Origin: a virus
Lineage: Duplodnaviria; Heunggongvirae; Uroviricota; Caudoviricetes
Reading direction: 5' to 3' (one strand)
DNA: 43,946 nucleotides
Virus record (IMG/VR): IMGVR_UViG_3300045988_019467
The translations under genes were made by a program, and so were the position numbers. The notes under the pieces were generated by a model, which worked only from the letters and a program-made list of their open reading frames with translations, ran no database searches and was not told the origin of the DNA. Positions 8,306 to 15,981 of the stretch are shown here, one piece after another; positions within the stretch are counted from its first letter, which is position 1; the number at the start of each line of letters is the position of its first letter.

Positions 8306-8647
8306 ATGGTTGATGTAATTAAACGTCGTATTACTGGTGTGTCCGCCGATACCGTGGGTGCTAAAATCGATATGGCAAATATCTCGCCAGCGTCTTTCTC
8401 TTCCGCGCTGGCGGCTACTACCTCCGTTACCGCAGGTGGAACCATGACACTGACCGTAACCGTAACGGGCGGTCTGGAGCCGTATTCCTACCAGTGGTAC
8501 AAGAACAACAACGCTATCGCCGGGGCGAACGCTGCTTCCTATGTGAAGGCGTCCACTACTACCGCAGATTCCGGTACGTATAAAGTGGTTGTTCGCGATG
8601 TGTATGGTAATATTATCTCCAGCAGCACTGTAGCAACTGTGTCTTAA
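8306..8647 (+). CDS. Ig-like domain protein
   Basis: Ig-like pattern (TMTLTVTVTGGLEPYSYQWYKNN...SGTYKVVVRDVYG) similar to 4147..4605; RBS GAGGAG. Confidence 0.5.
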   Translation: MVDVIKRRITGVSADTVGAKIDMANISPASFSSALAATTSVTAGGTMTLTVTVTGGLEPYSYQWYKNNNAIAGANAASYVKASTTTADSGTYKVVVRDVYGNIISSSTVATVS

Positions 8648-8683
8648 TGCGACGGCCCTTCGGGGCCGTAATAAGGAAAGGTC

Positions 8684-8863
8684 ATGGCAGATAATTATGT
8701 AATCCGCGAAAAATACACCCACGTTGATGTTGTTGACGGTCAGGTGATACCAGTTCGCGGTGTTGTAGAAGCGGACGAGCTGGTTGCAACCCAACCGGAC
8801 AGCGAAGAAGCGCACAACAACGGCGGCGGTACTAAGCGTCGTCGCCGTAAGTCAGAGGAATAA
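8684..8863 (+). CDS. small hypothetical protein with basic C-terminus (KRRRRK)
   Basis: 59-codon ORF with RBS AAGGAAAGG; fills the gap between neighbouring + genes; preceded by a GC hairpin at 8652..8669. Confidence 0.35.
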   Translation: MADNYVIREKYTHVDVVDGQVIPVRGVVEADELVATQPDSEEAHNNGGGTKRRRRKSEE

Positions 8864-8866
8864 TTT

Positions 8867-9379
8867 ATGCCGCTAATCGTGGAAACGGGAGAAATCGTAC
8901 CTGGCGCGGACAGTTACATTAGCCTGGCTGACGCCTGCGCGTTAGCGGCTAATTATGGCCTTGAGCTACCGGAAGACGATACCGCAGCAGAGGTGGCCTT
9001 GCGCAACGGCGCTACTTATGTCGGGCTTGCAGAACCGCAGATGTGCGGTAGACGCGTGTCGGCAGAACAGTCTCTTGCGTATCCTCGCACCGGCGTAACG
9101 TTAAATGGCTTCCCTGTAGCGAACAGTGTTATCCCGAAACAGATAATTCTTGCGCAGGTAATCGCCGCAGTTACGTATGGCGCAGGCACCGAAGTGCGGG
9201 CTAACTCAGACGGCCGTTCCGTGCAGACTGAGCGTGTCGAGGGTGCAGTGACAGTGACCTACTTCAACAACGGCAACAGTGGCGCTACGACCGCGATTAC
9301 GGCTGCGGACGACGCCTTACGCCCGTTACTGTGCGGCGGTCTTAACAATGGCTTCTCGTTTAACGTGTACCGGGGTTAA
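8867..9379 (+). CDS. head-tail connector / head completion protein (putative)
   Basis: Position between capsid and tail genes; no specific motif recognised. Confidence 0.4.
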   Translation: MPLIVETGEIVPGADSYISLADACALAANYGLELPEDDTAAEVALRNGATYVGLAEPQMCGRRVSAEQSLAYPRTGVTLNGFPVANSVIPKQIILAQVIAAVTYGAGTEVRANSDGRSVQTERVEGAVTVTYFNNGNSGATTAITAADDALRPLLCGGLNNGFSFNVYRG

Positions 9380-9381
9380 AA

Positions 9382-9996
9382 ATGGCGAATACTAAAACAG
9401 AGATATTCACGCTAATCGGTTCCGAGCTACCAGACAACACGACCGGACTTATCACGCCAGCGAAGCTGCGCGAGGTATTAACCCAGATGGCGGACTCACC
9501 TATTTACGCCACTCCCGGTGTTAAAGAGGTTGAAGTTCTCCGCGCAGCGTCAACAGTAGCGCAAGCGCCCGCCGCAGTAGATACAGCATTGCAGTTAACT
9601 TTCGGCTCTGCTCAGGGTAGCGCATCTGACCCGGTAATGCTTAATGCTGCGGGGCTGGTTACGTTCAACACCGCGGGTAATTATGCCGTCCGCATCAAGT
9701 TACAGGCGGGGCGCACTGGAGCGAGCGGTACATCTATCCTGTTATCGCGCATCCTCATCAACGGTGCTCAGTACGGCTCTCCCGCTGCCACAAAAATAGT
9801 CAGCGCCGACATAACAATTCCTATTGAGTCCCGCGTCGTTATTAACCCAACCGCAGGCCAGACGTTTGCCGTTCAGATTATGCGGGATAGCGCCGGGGCC
9901 AACTTCGGCGGTGTATACCCACAAGCGGCTACAGTAACCTCATGGGGCACGGCACCGTCGGCGCTACTGGTTATCTCGAGACTGGAGGCCGCTTGA
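9382..9996 (+). CDS. hypothetical structural protein
   Basis: 204-aa ORF tightly spaced within the structural block. Confidence 0.4.
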   Translation: MANTKTEIFTLIGSELPDNTTGLITPAKLREVLTQMADSPIYATPGVKEVEVLRAASTVAQAPAAVDTALQLTFGSAQGSASDPVMLNAAGLVTFNTAGNYAVRIKLQAGRTGASGTSILLSRILINGAQYGSPAATKIVSADITIPIESRVVINPTAGQTFAVQIMRDSAGANFGGVYPQAATVTSWGTAPSALLVISRLEAA

Positions 9997-10090
9997 TGAA
10001 TAAGTTCGCATGTGGTTTAGTTTTTGGTTTTCTTACCGCGGTAGTCTTGCACAGTTACGGTGTTCTTTTGACGCTGCAAGAGGTGTTAAA

Positions 10091-10450
10091 ATGAGCACCG
10101 CTTTCAGTAAACGTATGCAAGGCGTGGGTACACGTCTGCTAACCAAATTCGGTAGCACGGTATCTCTGGTTCGTGCTGGCTCGAAAGTGTGGGATGAAGT
10201 TCTCGGTGAGTACGTCTGGTCTGCGGATGAAGTGTTGCCGTTGAAGGCGGTTCCGGTTCCGGTAAACGCGGGACTGGTAAACGGTACGACGATTCAGGCT
10301 GGCGACATGATTGTTAAAGCGGATTGCAGTGTTGTACCGAAGATGGAAGACAAGGTGCAATTCGGCGGCGAGCAATGGTCTGTCGTAGCCATTGAGAAGA
10401 AGATGGTTAACGATGATGTCGTGGCATACTTTATCCAGGTGAGAAAATGA
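10091..10450 (+). CDS. head-tail adaptor protein (putative)
   Basis: Start chosen at ATG 10091 with RBS AAGAGGTG; neck-module position. Confidence 0.4.
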   Translation: MSTAFSKRMQGVGTRLLTKFGSTVSLVRAGSKVWDEVLGEYVWSADEVLPLKAVPVPVNAGLVNGTTIQAGDMIVKADCSVVPKMEDKVQFGGEQWSVVAIEKKMVNDDVVAYFIQVRK

Positions 10451-10842
10451 GTTTCGCGCTTGATGTCTCTAAGTTCGTGGAAAAGGCGAAGAAGAATCCT
10501 GAGAAGGTGATGCGTCAGGTGTCTATCAAGCTGTTTTCCGCTATTATAAAGGCGAGTCCGGTAGATACAGGCCGATTTCGTATGAACTGGATGGCATCTG
10601 GCGGTACTCCTGCTTCCGGGATTACGGACGCTACGGATAAATCAGGAAACATAGCAATCGGAAACGCTACAGGTTTCGTACTGAAAGCCACCGACTGGCG
10701 CGAGTTCACGCTGACAAATAATCTGCCGTATGCACAACGACTGGAGTATGGTTGGTCGCAGCAAGCGCCCGCCGGGATGGTCAGGACTAACGTGTCTCGC
10801 TTCCAGCAACTCATTAATGAAGAAGCCAACAAGGTGAAATAA
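10447..10842 (+). CDS. neck / tail completion protein, HK97 gp10-like (putative)
   Basis: Overlapping start and stop with neighbours; size and VDTGRFR-type motif consistent with gp10-like neck proteins. Confidence 0.45.
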   Translation: MSFALDVSKFVEKAKKNPEKVMRQVSIKLFSAIIKASPVDTGRFRMNWMASGGTPASGITDATDKSGNIAIGNATGFVLKATDWREFTLTNNLPYAQRLEYGWSQQAPAGMVRTNVSRFQQLINEEANKVK

Positions 10843-11255
10843 TGGGCTACTTTGAGGACTTAACCAAAGCGTTTGATGTGCCGTTGGTAGCCTTCGGGAA
10901 CGCAAACGGCATCAAGGTTGCGCTTGAAAACATCGACGCGCCGACGTCAACAGATACGCCGTATCTGGCGAGTTACATGTTGCTGGCGGATACGGAACAG
11001 GCGGATTTGTTCTTCACCGAGCAACGCTCTGGTATCTATCAGGTCGACATTAACTACGCATCGGTGAAAGGTAGCGCGCCAATCAATAAAATGGCAGACT
11101 TACTTAACACGGCGTTTAAAGCAGGTAAGTCATTTTCACGTAACGACATCTGCGCCGAGGTTCAATCGGTTAGCCTGGGGCCGCTGATTGTAGAAAACGG
11201 ATGGGCCAAACGACCATTGTCAATTAACTTTATTGCATTCACCAAGAGGCTGTGA
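10842..11255 (+). CDS. tail terminator / tail completion protein (putative)
   Basis: 137-aa ORF immediately upstream of the tail-tube-sized gene. Confidence 0.4.
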   Translation: MGYFEDLTKAFDVPLVAFGNANGIKVALENIDAPTSTDTPYLASYMLLADTEQADLFFTEQRSGIYQVDINYASVKGSAPINKMADLLNTAFKAGKSFSRNDICAEVQSVSLGPLIVENGWAKRPLSINFIAFTKRL

Positions 11256-12424
11256 ATATGGCTACAACTCCTTTTAAGGGCGCGACTACCGCGCAATTCT
11301 ATGTGGCGGAAACTACCCCTGGCGTAACACCGACTAACCCGGTATGGTCGCCGTTGCGTAACACAGGTGGCGTTCCTGCTATTACCCGTGACACGCTGAC
11401 CTCCAACGAACTGGACGGCAGCCGTGAAACTACATCCATCCGAACCGGTAACAAACAGGTTAGCGGTGAATACGCGGTCGAGCTTAGCTCTAAAAGCCAG
11501 GACGACTGGCTGGCGGGTGCTTTAGGCTCTACGTGGCAATCCGGTGTTTCTCTGTCGGGGCTGTCGATTACCGTCGCACCGGTGGGCAAGACGTTCACCC
11601 GTGCCGAAGGTAGCTTTATTACTGACGGTGTGGAAGTAGGCGACCTGATTGCGTTTACTGACTTAACCGGCGATAACGCTAAACCGTTTATTGTTACTGC
11701 GGTAGAGGCACTGGTGGTAACTGGTGCGGGTATTCAACACACTCTGATCGCCGAGACTGCTACTACCGCGGCTAAGACCGGCGACAAACTGGAAACCGGC
11801 AGCCAGTGTAAGACGTTCTCTATTCTCACCTGGTACAAGGGCCAGTGCGGCGGGACAGACGCGTACACGCTTACCAAAGGCGTGGAAGTTTCTGGTTTCA
11901 CTGTTGAACAGGCCGTTAACGCGATGGTGACGGGCAGCTTCCCGTTCATCGGGCGCAGCCAGGAGATTCTTACCGCGGCGCCGTCTGGTTCCGACTTCTC
12001 CTCTGTTACGTTTGGTGACGAGCCGTTCTCCTCGGTTGACGTTTCCGTGTTCGATGGTTCTACGCCGTTGCGTTGCGACAGCCTGACCATCACCAACGAC
12101 AACAGCGCGTCCGCACAGTTCGAACTCGGCAACACTAACGTTGCATTTGTTGAGCGTAGCCGCGCGGCTAACACCTTCTCTATCTCTGGCAAGCTGTACG
12201 ACATGGCGATGATTCAGAAGTTTATCAACGAACAGCAGGTAGAGATTAACTCTATTCTGGCTGGGGTAAACGGGGCTATGTCTTTCAGTTTGAAACGTGC
12301 AGAACTCACGGCGGTCACACCGGAGATTGGCGGACCTGAGTCAATCACTCAGTCTATTGAAGGCCAGGCTACTGGCAACCAGTACCAGTCGTCTATTGTT
12401 ATCCAGCGTATCACCTACGCATAA
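11252..12424 (+). CDS. major tail (tube) protein (putative)
   Basis: 390-aa Thr/Ser/Gly-rich ORF between neck genes and the tail chaperone/tape measure genes; followed by a strong terminator. Confidence 0.5.
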   Translation: MNMATTPFKGATTAQFYVAETTPGVTPTNPVWSPLRNTGGVPAITRDTLTSNELDGSRETTSIRTGNKQVSGEYAVELSSKSQDDWLAGALGSTWQSGVSLSGLSITVAPVGKTFTRAEGSFITDGVEVGDLIAFTDLTGDNAKPFIVTAVEALVVTGAGIQHTLIAETATTAAKTGDKLETGSQCKTFSILTWYKGQCGGTDAYTLTKGVEVSGFTVEQAVNAMVTGSFPFIGRSQEILTAAPSGSDFSSVTFGDEPFSSVDVSVFDGSTPLRCDSLTITNDNSASAQFELGNTNVAFVERSRAANTFSISGKLYDMAMIQKFINEQQVEINSILAGVNGAMSFSLKRAELTAVTPEIGGPESITQSIEGQATGNQYQSSIVIQRITYA

Positions 12425-12428
12425 AACT

Positions 12429-12454
12429 AAGGCCCCGAAAGGGGCCTTTTTCTT
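12429..12454. terminator. bidirectional intrinsic terminator (AAGGCCCC-GAAA-GGGGCCTT + TTTTTCTT)
   Basis: 20-mer identical to 2655..2674 followed by a T-run; separates the tail tube gene from the convergent moron operon. Confidence 0.65.
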
Positions 12455-12629
12455 ACTCACTTTTGAATGCCATTTCGTAGAAGTTAGTTAACTGACCTCT
12501 GTCACTCCGTTCTGTCATCTCTTTTGCGGCCTCTTCCTTGCTACCTACGGCGTAAATATCAACCCACTCATCCCATTCTTCGTCATATACGCGGATAACG
12601 TATATTGTTCCCATTGTGCCTTCACGCAT
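12453..12629 (-). CDS. hypothetical small acidic protein (last gene of moron operon; start uncertain)
   Basis: ORF in frame to 12659; start placed at the internal ATG 12629 to limit overlap with the upstream gene. Confidence 0.35.
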   Translation of the reverse strand: MREGTMGTIYVIRVYDEEWDEWVDIYAVGSKEEAAKEMTERSDRGQLTNFYEMAFKSE

Positions 12630-13191
12630 TTGGGTAAATCCCCAGGATTCTATTAGCAATCGCGGCCGCTGTTAATGTAATCTCGCCTGGGATGACCACA
12701 ACGTCATGACATACCGCACCATCAATACCGTACAGGTAACCACGACTATCCCCGTCAAACGTATAGCCGTCTCTGCGCAAGCGAACGATTTTTACGTCAT
12801 GCCCTGCGGCGACGATAGGGGACACTTCACTGGCGAATCCACCGTCTGACACTACAAAAACGTCATCGCCGTCGGGCAAGTTTTCAGCAAGATACTTACC
12901 GAAATAATCGCCGCCGAGAACCGGTTTAATGAATTGCTCAGAAATGGCAATCATGAACTGACGACGAGACAAACCATTAAGGAAACCCTCTGGCTTTTCT
13001 TTCCGCGCCCGGTCGTCGTAGCCGTCGAGAAACTCGTGGTACGCATCCGGACCTAACGCTGCCAGAGCAATATTGAACATTGGATTTTTGAAACTGGTAG
13101 CACCCTTCGCAAAGCCCATTTCTACCAGCGCCATAGCAAGTGTGTCTTTCCCACAACCCGCCGGGCCATTAAGAATAATTACCTTAGCCAT
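12622..13191 (-). CDS. P-loop kinase (dNMP kinase-like or polynucleotide 5'-kinase-like)
   Basis: N-terminal Walker A GPAGCGKDT resembling phage dNMP kinase and PNK P-loops; translationally coupled to the upstream HAD gene. Confidence 0.55.
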   Translation of the reverse strand: MAKVIILNGPAGCGKDTLAMALVEMGFAKGATSFKNPMFNIALAALGPDAYHEFLDGYDDRARKEKPEGFLNGLSRRQFMIAISEQFIKPVLGGDYFGKYLAENLPDGDDVFVVSDGGFASEVSPIVAAGHDVKIVRLRRDGYTFDGDSRGYLYGIDGAVCHDVVVIPGEITLTAAAIANRILGIYPNA

Positions 13192-13676
13192 TATTTATCG
13201 CTCCCGTGTGATTTTAAGTGTGTAGAATTCCCGTTACAGTCGTATTCAGTAACCGCGTGAGTGGTTATACCGAGTCCGCGGAAATGCTTTATTACCGCCG
13301 GAGAGTCGTCGAATGCGCACAATATTCTTTCCAGCCCGATAGCACGTAACACCTCTTCTTTAATTACGATGTCTTTTCTGTTGTCGTGTTTGCTGCGCAT
13401 GATTAACTGATAAAATTCGACGCGGTGGCGCTGCAACCACATTCTGGTTTCTTTTTCTGCATCATCACTGCGACCAGTTAAAATAATAACGGCGTAGCGA
13501 CGATTAAGGGCGTTACACAGTTCGATGTTATCTCTAATTGGTTCATCATCTTTGCACGCCATGTTAAAGGGTTTCCACGCCCATGTTTCGTTGTAGTTAT
13601 CTTTCGGCAGCAGGTGTAAACGATGTGTACCATCTGCCAATGTTCCATCTAAATCGAAAATTACAATATCTTTCAT
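13191..13676 (-). CDS. HAD-superfamily phosphatase (T4 Pnkp phosphatase-like motif I)
   Basis: N-terminal IVIFDLDGTL (DxDGT catalytic motif I of HAD phosphatases, as in the T4 Pnkp 3'-phosphatase domain). Confidence 0.6.
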   Translation of the reverse strand: MKDIVIFDLDGTLADGTHRLHLLPKDNYNETWAWKPFNMACKDDEPIRDNIELCNALNRRYAVIILTGRSDDAEKETRMWLQRHRVEFYQLIMRSKHDNRKDIVIKEEVLRAIGLERILCAFDDSPAVIKHFRGLGITTHAVTEYDCNGNSTHLKSHGSDK

Positions 13677-14803
13677 CCCAGCATCTCCGGTGAAATAGTT
13701 AAACGTGCGACCTCGCCGTATTCGGCGCTATAAGTAATTACATTTGCACTGCGTCCTGACATCCATCCGCCGCGAGAGGCGTAGGCGTCTTTCGCCGCTA
13801 AGGTGCGGTGTTGCTCAACAATCATGTTACGGCTTTCTACAATCTTCTGGTGGTGCAGGTGGCCTACGTGGGCGTAGCTGTACACGCTTTCGCCAAATGC
13901 TTTGCGGAACTTGGCAATCATAACCGGTTCGATAGCGTCGAATCGTGCTTTATGCCCGTGGTGAAAGAACAACGTCGTTTTGCCGTGTTGCACCATCTTG
14001 TAAACATCCGGCGACGTATCGACGAACACACGCGGCTCATTGTCGTACAGCGTGTTGAACATCTCAGCCAGCCAAATCATACCCGATTCGTCGTGGTTCC
14101 CTTGCACGATAAGCAAGCGAACGGTTTTATGTTTAACAAGCGCCATATCAACAACACGGCGCACCATACGAATCATGTAGCGAACCAGTTTCTGATAGCG
14201 AGTATCGGCGTCCAACACATGGCGCGACTCAGGTGTAACGGCGTCCAGGCTATCGAAGTGAGCAAAGTCACCCAGCAGGTTAATAACCCCGGTTCCCGCA
14301 TCTGGTGCTTTCTGAAACGCCGCATCGAACCAGCGAGAAAACAGGTCTTCCGCAATCTTCATATCCCAGTCGTCGCCGCTCTCGTCAGCCCAGGCCAGCA
14401 TACCGAGATGGAAATCAGATACCGTGTAAAGATTGAGCAGCTTGTCGTCGCGTTTGGTGCGGGCGGCTTTAACAGGCGCAACTGGAGTAATCTCTGACTT
14501 CATGCCCTCGATTACGGCTTTCATCAATTCGACCTGACGTTCGGCATCGGTATCGGTCTTAACCCATTGCAACTTAGTGTTGCCGAACTCGTCCACAAGT
14601 GACGATGTTCCTTTAATCTTGTAGCCGTCCGGCACAAGGTGGCTAACGTCACGCCCATGACCCACGCCTTTCTTCGCCAGCTTCGCTTTACGGATACGAA
14701 TAACGCGGTCTGAGATTCCGTACTTACGTGCGATATCAATAATCTTCATTCCGGCGTTCAATTCTTCCTGTAACTGTTCGTCGGTTATTTTCTTCTGGGC
14801 CAT
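13673..14803 (-). CDS. calcineurin-like metallophosphoesterase with N-terminal HTH domain
   Basis: MPE motifs D-x-H (VSDFHLG), GDxxH (LLGDFAHFD), GNHD (VQGNHDES), HHGH and GHLHH; N-terminal HTH-like segment (IARKYGISDRVIRIRKA); start at ATG 14803 with RBS GAGGAAG. Confidence 0.6.
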   Translation of the reverse strand: MAQKKITDEQLQEELNAGMKIIDIARKYGISDRVIRIRKAKLAKKGVGHGRDVSHLVPDGYKIKGTSSLVDEFGNTKLQWVKTDTDAERQVELMKAVIEGMKSEITPVAPVKAARTKRDDKLLNLYTVSDFHLGMLAWADESGDDWDMKIAEDLFSRWFDAAFQKAPDAGTGVINLLGDFAHFDSLDAVTPESRHVLDADTRYQKLVRYMIRMVRRVVDMALVKHKTVRLLIVQGNHDESGMIWLAEMFNTLYDNEPRVFVDTSPDVYKMVQHGKTTLFFHHGHKARFDAIEPVMIAKFRKAFGESVYSYAHVGHLHHQKIVESRNMIVEQHRTLAAKDAYASRGGWMSGRSANVITYSAEYGEVARLTISPEMLG

Positions 14804-14841
14804 GCTTACTTCCTCGTGTTTAGGATTTGTCTTATAGTAGC

Positions 14842-15033
14842 TTACTTCTCTTTCACGTTCGAGTTGCAAGCCCAGATTAAAATAAATACCCACGGCAGCA
14901 GAACCCAACCAAGAAACAGGTTAGCCATGAATATAGCTAACTTCGCTTTATGGTTACGGAAGTACGCAACCAGGAAAGGTGCGAAATAAGCGAGCAGTGC
15001 AAACAGAATTAAGGAAACTGGTAAACTGGACAT
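14842..15033 (-). CDS. small membrane protein (two predicted TM helices), first gene of moron operon
   Basis: Hydrophobic 63-aa ORF; start taken at ATG 15033 preceded by AAGGGG (an upstream ATG at 15048 is also possible). Confidence 0.4.
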   Translation of the reverse strand: MSSLPVSLILFALLAYFAPFLVAYFRNHKAKLAIFMANLFLGWVLLPWVFILIWACNSNVKEK

Positions 15034-15060
15034 TTTAAACCCCTTCATTGTTGGTGTAAG

Positions 15061-15092
15061 TGAATAGTACCCTATTATATTGGGGTGTGCAA
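15061..15092 (-). promoter_or_regulatory. class-1 promoter-like element, copy 3 (on minus strand: TTGCAC-N7-TATAAT-AGGGTACTATTCA)
   Basis: Same conserved motif; TATAAT on the minus strand about 40 nt upstream of ATG 15033. Confidence 0.5.
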
Positions 15093-15199
15093 GTAATATG
15101 GTAGAATAATTTTGCGCCTAGTGTCGCACACGAAAAGCGGGTGGTTCCCGTCTGGCGCATTTCCTTTAACCAGTAACCTCTTAACCAAAGGATTAAAGA

Positions 15200-15616
15200 A
15201 TGAAACTTTCTGATTTTTATTACGAAGCTGAAGCCGAAAAGGGTGCGCGTATGCCGATACCGTTAAAAGACGGTACCGATTCTGGGGAATGGCTTAATGT
15301 TGTTTCTCCTGAGGCAGACGTTGCCGTTAAGGCTATGCGCGCGTTCACCCTTGCATACCGGGCAGTGTTAGGGAAATTAAAACCGCTTCGTGATAAGTGC
15401 GAAGAGATGAAAGATTTCTCTGAATACAACCTGAAGATGGAAGATGCGGCCACGGACCTTAACCGACAGTTAGCAATTGAATTGATTAACGGGTGGAGCC
15501 TGGACGACGAATTCAATAAAGAGAATCTGAACACACTCCTGACGCAATATAAACGACTCGCGGAACTTGTTGTTGTGTTTCATAACGAACAACTGCGCCA
15601 GTTACAGGAAAAGTAG
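15200..15616 (+). CDS. tail assembly chaperone (gpG-like, putative)
   Basis: 138-aa acidic ORF immediately upstream of the tape measure gene; a -1 frame ORF overlaps its end. Confidence 0.5.
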   Translation: MKLSDFYYEAEAEKGARMPIPLKDGTDSGEWLNVVSPEADVAVKAMRAFTLAYRAVLGKLKPLRDKCEEMKDFSEYNLKMEDAATDLNRQLAIELINGWSLDDEFNKENLNTLLTQYKRLAELVVVFHNEQLRQLQEK

Positions 15617-15981
15617 ACGCGTTGCTCCAGTTCGCTCGTTGGAACTTCATAACCCGCCACAAACGGCGGGAATTTGACAGTATCGCCGACGGGCATAAAG
15701 CCGCGCTAATTGCTATGGGGGTTATGCAAGACGCGCCGGAAGCAACGCAGGACACCGGGCCGGAATGTCCCCCTGAGCTATTAACCACCTTCGAGAAGTA
15801 CCGGGAAATCAAATTTACCCGCCGAGTAGATGACGACGACATCAAGATGTACCCGCGAGAACAGTTACGATGGTCGGATTTAGTGGCGTACAGCACCGTT
15901 TCGGGCCAGAATATAGGCATGTTTGAATCTGACATCATCATGAGCTTAGACGCTATTTTCGAGGGTAGAAACGATGGCTGA
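15586..15981 (+). CDS. candidate -1 frameshift extension of the tail chaperone (gpGT-like)
   Basis: -1 frame is open from 15586 through 15981 and overlaps the chaperone stop; near-canonical slippery heptamer GGAAAAG at 15607..15613 (lambda uses GGGAAAG). Confidence 0.3.
   Translation, partial: RTTAPVTGKVDALLQFARWNFITRHKRREFDSIADGHKAALIAMGVMQDAPEATQDTGPECPPELLTTFEKYREIKFTRRVDDDDIKMYPREQLRWSDLVAYSTVSGQNIGMFESDIIMSLDAIFEGRNDG

Noticed and set aside
8300-8815. 171-aa minus-strand ORF overlapping the Ig-like protein gene and downstream small gene
   Set aside because: Antisense to plus-strand genes that carry RBSs and fit the structural operon; no independent support.
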